This document shows, piece after piece, positions 34,589 through 41,545 of a stretch of 41,545 nucleotides of DNA. The DNA is taken from positions 1 to 41,545 of the IMG/VR virus record IMGVR_UViG_3300048574_000389. One strand, 5' to 3'. Source of the stretch: a virus (taxonomy: Duplodnaviria > Caudoviricetes). The translations under genes and the position numbers were made by a program. Numbering within the stretch: position 1 is the stretch's first letter; each line of letters starts with the position of its first letter. A model generated the notes under the pieces. The model was not told the DNA's origin, did not search any database, and saw nothing but the letters and a program-made list of their open reading frames with translations.

Positions 34589-36301
34589 ATGCCGAACATC
34601 AGAGACTTCATCGACATCGAAACCCTCGACCTTGACAGCCCCAACCTCGGGCTTACCGCGCGGAGCCTCATGGACACCGCTCGCCTCCTGTATGGATCGC
34701 GCCCTGCATCCTACTTCACCGACACGGGACGCATCCGTTACCCTGATTTCCAGAAGCTTCCGAAGGGCGTTCCTGTACCGATGATCGACGCCGAGCCGTG
34801 CGCCAGGGAACCCGTGAAGCGCGTTCGTCCCGCTTTGCCGGAAGGCATTGTCTACGTTAACGAAGACGATGACCACCTGACCATGACCGATCTCGGTCGC
34901 GCTGATCCCTCCTTGTTCCTCGACAAGGACCACCAAGGGAATACCATCGCCTACCTGTATCGACCGAGCACAGGGCAGTTCTCCATGTGCCCGAACACGC
35001 CGCTCAACCGCGAGAGCATCACGCGGTACTACGCTGAAACCGCACGGCTGCACATCATCCTGACCCCGGTGTCTACCTCTGCGCCGTATTACCACCAGGA
35101 CCCGCATGGTCACCCGTGGGCCAACTATGACTTCTGGCGGAACAACTGGCTGCGCCACGTTGAGCACATGGTCCAGCCATCCGCGCAACATCCCGGCTAT
35201 GTGACCTACTACCAGAACGCCGAAAAGCGTGCTCGCGGTATCCGCACCCCGATCAAGCCCTCGCGCTACCTCAACAAGTTCTTCTCGGACATCCTCAAGC
35301 CCGAAGAGATCAATGACTTCGGGGTCCTCTGGGCAACCCAGACCATGCCGCCGGAACTCCGTGTCACCCAGGATGCTGACGAGATCGAGACGGTATACCG
35401 TGGGGCTTACCTTGGCTCTTGTATGCACTTCGGCGATGGCGGCTGGTCCGGCCCGTGCCACCCGGCGCGTGTCTATGCCGGTCCTGATCTGGGTATTGCC
35501 TACATCGGCGACACCGACGATGCCGCTGCCCGGTGCCTCGTGTGGCCGGATAAGAAGCTCTACTACCCGAAGTTCTACGGGGACTTCCGCCGGATGCGGC
35601 TCGCCCTTGAAGCGGCGGGGTACTCCGATGGGTCCGAAGATGACTTCGTCGGCTCGCGCCTCCAGCGCATTGAGTACCGCAAGGGCTTCGTCGCGCCATA
35701 CCTCGACTTCTGCGCGTATGCAAACGACGACGGCGAGTTTCTGGTGACGTCATATCACGGTCGCATTGGTTGCCGTAACACCAACGGCCTCTCGGCCAAC
35801 GCGGGTTACACCTGCTCCTATACCGGGGAGTTGTACGACGAAGAAGACGATCTGACCTACGTGGACGGCTACGGCGACGTAGGCCCGGACGCTCTCCGCG
35901 ATTACTTCTTCTTCGACGTCATCGCCGAGGAGTATTTCCACCGGGACAACCTGCACCGCGAGACGCACCCGGATTACCCGATTGCTCGCTCGACCATCGC
36001 CCGGACCAGTATCTACGGTAACCGCTTCTTCTACGATGCGTATTCCTTCCGGTACCTCCCCGATGATTACTTTGACTACGTCGTGATGGCAGACGGGGAC
36101 CTCTGGGAGGAACACGCATTCTTCCAGCACGGGAAAACCTGTGACCTGACCGATGGCCGTTACCCCAAAGACGAAGTGGTCTCCTGCGACAACGGCATGA
36201 CCATCGCGCTGGATCACTATGACCTCAACAACCCCGAAGTCCGCGCCCTCGCTGGCCTCGAACCCCTCGAAGAAACCTCCGAAGAACAGGTAGCGGCGTA
36301 A
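34589..36301 (+). CDS. Large early protein with SCM-motif (possibly PcfJ/GNAT-like) domain and Cys/aromatic-rich C-terminal repeats
   Basis: AAGGA RBS; KPSRYLNKFF, VY...GSCMH, HPARVYAG.DLGIAY, ARCLVW, FVAPYLD. Confidence 0.7.
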   Translation: MPNIRDFIDIETLDLDSPNLGLTARSLMDTARLLYGSRPASYFTDTGRIRYPDFQKLPKGVPVPMIDAEPCAREPVKRVRPALPEGIVYVNEDDDHLTMTDLGRADPSLFLDKDHQGNTIAYLYRPSTGQFSMCPNTPLNRESITRYYAETARLHIILTPVSTSAPYYHQDPHGHPWANYDFWRNNWLRHVEHMVQPSAQHPGYVTYYQNAEKRARGIRTPIKPSRYLNKFFSDILKPEEINDFGVLWATQTMPPELRVTQDADEIETVYRGAYLGSCMHFGDGGWSGPCHPARVYAGPDLGIAYIGDTDDAAARCLVWPDKKLYYPKFYGDFRRMRLALEAAGYSDGSEDDFVGSRLQRIEYRKGFVAPYLDFCAYANDDGEFLVTSYHGRIGCRNTNGLSANAGYTCSYTGELYDEEDDLTYVDGYGDVGPDALRDYFFFDVIAEEYFHRDNLHRETHPDYPIARSTIARTSIYGNRFFYDAYSFRYLPDDYFDYVVMADGDLWEEHAFFQHGKTCDLTDGRYPKDEVVSCDNGMTIALDHYDLNNPEVRALAGLEPLEETSEEQVAA

Positions 36302-36343
36302 CAGCGCCGCACCACCCTCCCTCATATCGTGAAAGGCTTAGCC

Positions 36344-37375
36344 ATGGGCAAGCGAACGACTGACGAAAAGAACATCATCAAGATGTTCAGTTACATGCGC
36401 CCGTCAGGGAGTATCACCGAACAGATGTTTGTGGACGTATACCTGACGCCGCTCGGGTTCCAGCGGGACCAATTCGGGAACCTCGTGGTAACCGTGGGTG
36501 ACGCGCCGAATATCCTGTGGTCCTCCCATGTGGACACCGTGCACCACGACGAAGGCATCCAATCGTTGCACTATGACGGCGAGTTCCTCGAACTCTCGCG
36601 CCATGCCAAGGCGAACGGATCGAACTGCCTGGGTGCGGACGATACCGCCGGTATCTGGATGATGACTGAAATGGTCAAGGCCGGGGTGCCGGGGGTCTAC
36701 GTCATCCATGATGCGGAAGAGAGCGGCTGCATCGGATCGGGGAAGCTCGCCAAGGGCAACCCGGATTTCTTCAAAGGGATCGATGCGGCCATCGCCTTCG
36801 ACCGCATGGGTTACAAGAGCGTGGTCACGCACCAGATGGGACGACGCACCGCGTCGGATGCCTTCGCCAACTCGTTCGCCCTGGCGATCTCTGAGGCGGC
36901 GGGGTTTGACTCCGAGTATGCGCCAGACGACGGCGGGGTCTATACGGATACCAACGAGTATTCCAGCCTAGTCCCCGAGTGCACCAACATATCCGTGGGC
37001 TACTTTAGCCAACACGGGAGGAGTGAGAGCCAGAACGTCCGGTTCCTCATCGCCCTCCGGGACCTCTTGGTGAAGGCCGATTTCTCCAAGCTTGTCATCG
37101 AGCGGGACCCGTCCGTTGTCGAGAGCCGCTATGGCGGGTTCGGCTACGGGTTTCACCGGGGCAGCTATGGGGACGACGACCTTTATGATCCCTGGGATGA
37201 TCCCAACAGCTACATTCGGTCGCCTGAGAACCGCTCCGGTGACTCTATGGAGGAGCTGGTGAAGCTCTACCCTGAGGTAGCAGCAGCAGTCCTCAATGCC
37301 TACGGCGTCACTCGTTCGAACTTCCTGGACGAAATCAGCGACGTCTACGGATCGCCAGCGGCATCGGCCTTCTAG
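36344..37375 (+). CDS. Zn-dependent peptidase/hydrolase (M20/M28/M42 clan)
   Basis: SHVDTVH, LGADDTAG, DAEESG, AFDR, TNISVGY..QH metal-ligand pattern. Confidence 0.85.
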   Translation: MGKRTTDEKNIIKMFSYMRPSGSITEQMFVDVYLTPLGFQRDQFGNLVVTVGDAPNILWSSHVDTVHHDEGIQSLHYDGEFLELSRHAKANGSNCLGADDTAGIWMMTEMVKAGVPGVYVIHDAEESGCIGSGKLAKGNPDFFKGIDAAIAFDRMGYKSVVTHQMGRRTASDAFANSFALAISEAAGFDSEYAPDDGGVYTDTNEYSSLVPECTNISVGYFSQHGRSESQNVRFLIALRDLLVKADFSKLVIERDPSVVESRYGGFGYGFHRGSYGDDDLYDPWDDPNSYIRSPENRSGDSMEELVKLYPEVAAAVLNAYGVTRSNFLDEISDVYGSPAASAF

Positions 37376-37376
37376 C

Positions 37377-37553
37377 ATGGTGCTCCCTCCGATCTTCCGG
37401 GCCATCGTCAAGCACGACACCGACAAGCCGGTCCTTAGCGGACCGGTGGTGCCCTTCGCGGCCCTCAAAGCATACCGGGAATGGAAGGCTCGCCGAAGGT
37501 CCCTTGTGGAAAAAGCGCTCCTATACCGAACCCCAATGAAACCCTCCAGATAA
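37377..37553 (+). CDS. Hypothetical protein
   Basis: ATG immediately after the peptidase stop. Confidence 0.5.
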   Translation: MVLPPIFRAIVKHDTDKPVLSGPVVPFAALKAYREWKARRRSLVEKALLYRTPMKPSR

Positions 37554-37565
37554 CCGAGAACTTCA

Positions 37566-37805
37566 ATGGCTGTAACCTCCACCATCACCCCCGAAGAAAT
37601 CGTAGAAGCTTCGAGCTTCCCGGCGATCATGATTGATCCCATGGACGGGGCAATCATGCTGATGCATGACAATTATCGTGGCATCGTTCTGCATCGCGGC
37701 AATGGGCCTCACGCCCCAGGCCACATGTACACGGCGCTGGCCGGGCCTGTTGCTCGCCGCATCCGCAAGTACACCGGCATCGTCACCCTGGAGAACCCGA
37801 AGTGA
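37566..37805 (+). CDS. Hypothetical protein
   Basis: 79-aa ORF tiling the region. Confidence 0.65.
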   Translation: MAVTSTITPEEIVEASSFPAIMIDPMDGAIMLMHDNYRGIVLHRGNGPHAPGHMYTALAGPVARRIRKYTGIVTLENPK

Positions 37806-37966
37806 TCCGCATCCATGAAGAGTTCATGACGCCCCATGCGGCTGACGAATTCCTTAACGACCAGTTGCGTCAGTTCCCTCCAGCGACCTACGGAACGACG
37901 CTGCGGCTATTTCGGGAACGACTCACCGGAGAGTGGGTAGTCGCTGGTTCACGCTTTGTTTCGTGA
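37802..37966 (+). CDS. Hypothetical protein (54 aa)
   Basis: GGAG RBS, GTGA overlap; MIRIHEEF...FPPATYGT...WVVAGSRFVS. Confidence 0.55.
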   Translation: MIRIHEEFMTPHAADEFLNDQLRQFPPATYGTTLRLFRERLTGEWVVAGSRFVS

Positions 37967-37993
37967 CATATTCGCCACGTTAACGAAGAATAA

Positions 37994-38042
37994 GCTTGAA
38001 ATGGTGGTTAACTTGTAGTCACCTACTTCCACCATTTCGAGC
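37994..38042. repeat. 14-bp inverted repeat / hairpin
   Basis: GCTTGAAATGGTGG (37994-38007) / CCACCATTTCGAGC (38029-38042), one G-U pair. Confidence 0.8.
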
Positions 38043-38185
38043 CTGTGATTTATATGATTGCGAGCATACGACGTAGTGCCCCTAAGAACTCATGGGTTTT
38101 AGTTGGGGAGGGAGTTCTCGCGGTCTTGGAACCGGCTAGGGTAGGGGAGCCTTCCTTAGCTAACCGATGGAAAGCAAACGATAAA

Positions 38186-38338
38186 ATGAAAATCGAGTTC
38201 TACAACCATGCTGGAGAGAAAATCGTGGCCGTCCTGGCCGACGCGGAGGATCATTGGGAGGCCTGTGAAATTGGACACACCTACCTCCGACACAACACGA
38301 TTGCTGACGCTGAGGATTTCCAGGTAGTGGAAGACTAG
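38186..38338 (+). CDS. Hypothetical protein (50 aa)
   Basis: ATG 38186 in the 38045..38338 ORF. Confidence 0.55.
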   Translation: MKIEFYNHAGEKIVAVLADAEDHWEACEIGHTYLRHNTIADAEDFQVVED

Positions 38339-38360
38339 GGATGTTCCCTGTCCGTTCTCA

Positions 38361-38389
38361 TTGACGCTTTCGTGGTTAACGTCTATTTT
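38361..38389 (+). promoter_or_regulatory. Candidate sigma70 promoter for the repressor-integrase operon
   Basis: TTGACG-17 nt-TATTTT upstream of AGGAG-ATG 38417. Confidence 0.55.
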
Positions 38390-38416
38390 GACAACTCTAC
38401 GTTAGGAGAGATAATC

Positions 38417-38794
38417 ATGAACGCAGAACGGGCAAAACTCCATTCACTGATCCGGGCGTTGAAGCGCTTCAATCAGTTCGACACCAAGATGCAGGTGTCC
38501 ACGATGCTGACCCTCTTGGAGATCGCTGCGGCTAACGAGGATCGTAAGGACATATCCGTCCAGGACCTTGAACGCTCTATCGGTCTCCTCTCAGGGACCG
38601 CATCACGCAACGTTTACTATTGGGCTGACGGCGGCAAGGACATGACCGGCGCTCACCAGATGGTGACAATCAGAATGAACCCCGAGGACCGCCGCCGACG
38701 TGAGCTTGTGCTAAACGCGAAGGGCAAGGCCTTCCTCGACACAGTATTAGGAGAGATCAATGGCTCGACCGCGAGGGAAGAAGTTCCAAGCTGA
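38417..38794 (+). CDS. MarR-like winged-helix regulator (putative repressor)
   Basis: AGGAG RBS; ISVQDLERSIGLLSGTASRNV HTH; PEDRRRRELVLNAKGK wing. Confidence 0.85.
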   Translation: MNAERAKLHSLIRALKRFNQFDTKMQVSTMLTLLEIAAANEDRKDISVQDLERSIGLLSGTASRNVYYWADGGKDMTGAHQMVTIRMNPEDRRRRELVLNAKGKAFLDTVLGEINGSTAREEVPS

Positions 38795-39725
38795 CGTAAT
38801 CATCGACGGTGTCCGCAAACGTCCGACGTTCGACACCCTGGAAGAAGCCGTCGCCTATGAGCGATCGGTCGAGTTAGGCCTCCCCGAAGCGGGGGCTGTC
38901 ACCTTCAAGAAGTTCCACGAAACTCATTTCGACTTCATCTGGGGCGACAACAAGGCCCCTCAAGCAACCCGGTATGGCCTCGACGCCCTCGACCAGTTCA
39001 TTCCAGCCGGGAAACCCCTAAGCGAGATCAGTTCTGCTTTCGTCATCGAGATGGTCTCGAAGATGAAGAGCACGGGTGTGTCCAACGCGACGATCAACCG
39101 CCGCCTATCGGTTCTCTCCAAGCTCCTCAAGCACGGGGAGAAGCTGGAGTTATGCCGCAAGCCTACCTTCGATTTCCTCAAGGAGAACGAGGGGAGGGAG
39201 CGCGTCCTGTCCCGCGTCGAAGAGGCGAAGATGTTTCAGTTCTTCGACCATATGGGACTGCGCATGTCTGGGGCTATCGTAAAGTTCCTCCTGTACACCG
39301 GATGCCGTCTCGGCGAGGTTTACACGCTCTCAAGGGACCGCGTCAGTGATGGGCGGGTGACGTTCCACTACACGGTCACCAAGACCAGTAAGACCCGCTT
39401 GGTTCCTCTCGTGGGACCCGCTGAGGACGCCTGGAAACTCGCGTGTAAGCTGTCCGACCTGGACACGCCGTTCTCAGGGGTGCCTAGGGACACCTTCCGT
39501 GGTCACTGGAACCGCTTCCGGGAACATATGGGCCTCCTGGAGGACGACGAGTTCGTCCCTCACATGCTTCGGCACACTTGCGCTAGTCGCTTGGTGTCTA
39601 AGGGTGTCCCGCTGCCCCAGGTCATGCAGTGGATGGGACACCGCAACATCATGACGACGATGCGGTATTCCCATTTGGCCCCTAAGGACCTCGACATGGC
39701 CGCTAAGGCCCTGATGGATGCTTAG
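38760..39725 (+). CDS. int: Tyrosine integrase
   Basis: ATINRRLS, TGCRLGE, TKTSKTRLVPL, HMLRHTCASRL, MGH, TTMRYSH catalytic set. Confidence 0.95.
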   Translation: MARPRGKKFQADVIIDGVRKRPTFDTLEEAVAYERSVELGLPEAGAVTFKKFHETHFDFIWGDNKAPQATRYGLDALDQFIPAGKPLSEISSAFVIEMVSKMKSTGVSNATINRRLSVLSKLLKHGEKLELCRKPTFDFLKENEGRERVLSRVEEAKMFQFFDHMGLRMSGAIVKFLLYTGCRLGEVYTLSRDRVSDGRVTFHYTVTKTSKTRLVPLVGPAEDAWKLACKLSDLDTPFSGVPRDTFRGHWNRFREHMGLLEDDEFVPHMLRHTCASRLVSKGVPLPQVMQWMGHRNIMTTMRYSHLAPKDLDMAAKALMDA

Positions 39726-39892
39726 TCCAGTCCGTATCTGGCGCACCCAGATATGTCTGCCATGTTATTCTGACAGGCCTGTCGGGCCAACTCGCGCAGT
39801 TCGCTGGTTGCTCTCCACTGGTACGCGTTGAAAATGACGCTTACCGCAAGGAGTATGGTAACCAAGGTCAGTCGGTGTTCCAAAGCTCGCTC

Positions 39893-40108
39893 CTAGGGCG
39901 TAACGCACTTGAAGTAAGCCATGAGGTCTCCCGCCTTATCGAGTTGGGCGACCTTGCCATACTTGGCGCAATGCTTGTCTGCGGCCTGAGCCGTGGACGT
40001 AATGTTGAGGTTTCCTACCATTGTGTAGGTGATCCCCGCCGAGTTCCCGGTACCAGTCCCGGAGCATCCGGCGAGAGCCGCTAGGGCGGCTATGAGTGCA
40101 ACGCGCAT
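39893..40108 (-). CDS. Small lipoprotein, candidate superinfection-exclusion/lysogenic conversion factor
   Basis: AAGGGA RBS; MRVALIAALAALAGC lipobox; two more Cys; only credible minus-strand gene. Confidence 0.75.
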   Translation of the reverse strand: MRVALIAALAALAGCSGTGTGNSAGITYTMVGNLNITSTAQAADKHCAKYGKVAQLDKAGDLMAYFKCVTP

Positions 40109-40191
40109 TCCAATCCCTTTCTTAGTGTCAACCAGCGGTATTTGATTGATTTGCCACGGCATTTCAAGCCGCAAACCTGTGAGATTTGAAC

Positions 40192-40863
40192 ATGCTCAAG
40201 CAGAATGAACGCTTCCGTTTCTCCGCGACCGCCGACCAGATAAAGGCCGAGACCATGTTATTCTCGGCTTCCCCTCAGTTCGCCATGGACAACGGCGGGG
40301 CCATCACCCGAGGGGCCGTTGACTTCCTTATGAACTCCATGGCCGCTTTCGGACATAACTCCGCAGTCGTCATCGACACCCGCGTCCACATGCTCATGCC
40401 CGGGATGCTCCCGGCGATTGGCGGATGGCACTGCGATGCGATCCCGAGGGGCCAGGATGGCCAGACTGACTTCTCCAGGAAGAGCATCATCGACAACATC
40501 CGGCATTACCTCCTGGTGGTCGATGCGGGGACGGGGTCTGTGACGGAGTTCCTGGACGAGGACGACCTGTACCAGAAATCTATCTTGGACCTCAAAGTCC
40601 CGGAGGGCGAGATCAATACATGGGGCTTCCATAGCCGCTCGATTGACGCCTTCCTCAAGGCCGGAATGACGAAGGCCAAGCGTGTCGAGAGCGGAAAGCT
40701 CTACGAGTTCGCGGCCCATGACTACCACCGGGCAATCCCGGCGACCGGTTCAGGCTGGCGCTACTTCCTCCGCGCATCGGTCAACACGCTGACCCGTGGA
40801 CCGCTGAATGAAATCCGAAACCAAGTGCAGGTCTACCTGCCGAGCGAACACCTGGGGTGGTAA
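40192..40863 (+). CDS. Putative 2OG-Fe(II) dioxygenase-like protein
   Basis: GWHCD (HxD) ... DYHRA (H) ... WRYFLR (R) double-stranded beta-helix pattern. Confidence 0.7.
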   Translation: MLKQNERFRFSATADQIKAETMLFSASPQFAMDNGGAITRGAVDFLMNSMAAFGHNSAVVIDTRVHMLMPGMLPAIGGWHCDAIPRGQDGQTDFSRKSIIDNIRHYLLVVDAGTGSVTEFLDEDDLYQKSILDLKVPEGEINTWGFHSRSIDAFLKAGMTKAKRVESGKLYEFAAHDYHRAIPATGSGWRYFLRASVNTLTRGPLNEIRNQVQVYLPSEHLGW

Positions 40864-40864
40864 T

Positions 40865-41545
40865 ATGCTGAAACTCATCATCAACAACGACGAACCGCGC
40901 ATCCTGGACACGGACCTCGCAGAGGCCCTGGGGATGAGCCGACCACGGGACATCCGCTCAAACCTGATCGTGCCCAACAAGGAGGAACTGGAGACCTATG
41001 GGATTTTGCGTTCCTCTAACGCAAATTCAGGAAAGCGTGGTCGGCCCTCCTGGGTGTACCACCTGAACAAGGATCAGGCCCTCCTGGTCGCCATCCTCTC
41101 CCGCGTCCCCAAGGCCGCTGAGGTTCGCGCCGAGGTCATCAAGGTGTTCAACGCCTACCAGAAGGGACACCTGGAACTCAGCGACACCGGGAAGTCGGCC
41201 CTTCCGAACTTCGCGAACCCCGCCGACGCCGCACGGGCCTGGGCCGAGGTTTGGGAGCAGGGGCAGAAGGACCGCGTGACCGTCGCCGAGCACCTAGAGA
41301 CGCTGACCATCAACGAGTTCTTCGCGCTGAACCACCAGTACGGAACGATGCCGGACAAGACGCGGCTCTCCGCTCGCGCTCGTAAGCTCTGCAACGCCCG
41401 GGGTATCTTGGTAGGCAAGCAGGACCGTGTGACGACCGATGGGTACGAAACCCAGGTCAACGTCTACCCGCTCAAGGAACTCATGGAAGCCGCCAAGGAC
41501 CTTGGCATGTGCACTGATCCGCTTGACCGGTTGGTCTCTGCGTGA
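40865..41545 (+). CDS. Antirepressor-like DNA-binding protein
   Basis: DLAEALG, GRPS..YHLNKDQALLV..LS...AAEVR; LPNFANPADAARAWAE linker typical of phage Ant proteins. Confidence 0.8.
   Translation: MLKLIINNDEPRILDTDLAEALGMSRPRDIRSNLIVPNKEELETYGILRSSNANSGKRGRPSWVYHLNKDQALLVAILSRVPKAAEVRAEVIKVFNAYQKGHLELSDTGKSALPNFANPADAARAWAEVWEQGQKDRVTVAEHLETLTINEFFALNHQYGTMPDKTRLSARARKLCNARGILVGKQDRVTTDGYETQVNVYPLKELMEAAKDLGMCTDPLDRLVSA

Larger units (their letters stand above)
1..41545 (+). mobile_element. Temperate T7-like podophage genome, apparently complete and circularly permuted
   Basis: Full T7-like gene set in near-canonical order plus integrase/repressor module; terminal ORF stop (41543-41545) abuts RNAP ATG at 1. 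Confidence 0.93.

Noticed and set aside
39740-39749. Reverse-strand GGGTGCGCCA as a tRNA 3' end (att core)
   Set aside because: The match is only ~10 nt with no adjacent T-arm

Overview
The window looks like a complete, circularly permuted ~41.5-kb T7-like (Autographiviridae-type) phage genome, opened at the RNA polymerase start; the last ORF stops at 41545, directly abutting the ATG at 1. Almost all genes are on the + strand in T7-like order: RNAP, SSB, endonuclease I, primase-helicase, PolA, exonuclease, portal, scaffold, capsid, tail tubes, internal virion proteins, fibre and terminases. A probable genome-end/promoter region follows (~32.0-33.1 kb), then an early/accessory region. A MarR-like regulator, tyrosine integrase, antirepressor-like protein and a lone minus-strand lipoprotein indicate a temperate T7-like phage. 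An alphaproteobacterial host is inferred from promoter shape and gene content. The most striking unexplained element is a ~610-690 nt non-coding, very densely base-paired region (33.09-33.78 kb) with long-range helices and candidate pseudoknots. It lies right behind a sigma70 promoter and a boxB/boxA-like antitermination leader, and is a candidate large ornate ncRNA. Other oddities: an 18-bp asymmetric motif repeated on the + strand, a lysis cassette between scaffold and capsid, a Cys-motif protein plus Zn-peptidase pair, a 2OG-Fe(II) oxygenase-like gene, and two microhomology-mediated lesions. All calls come from reading motifs by eye; no database searches were run.
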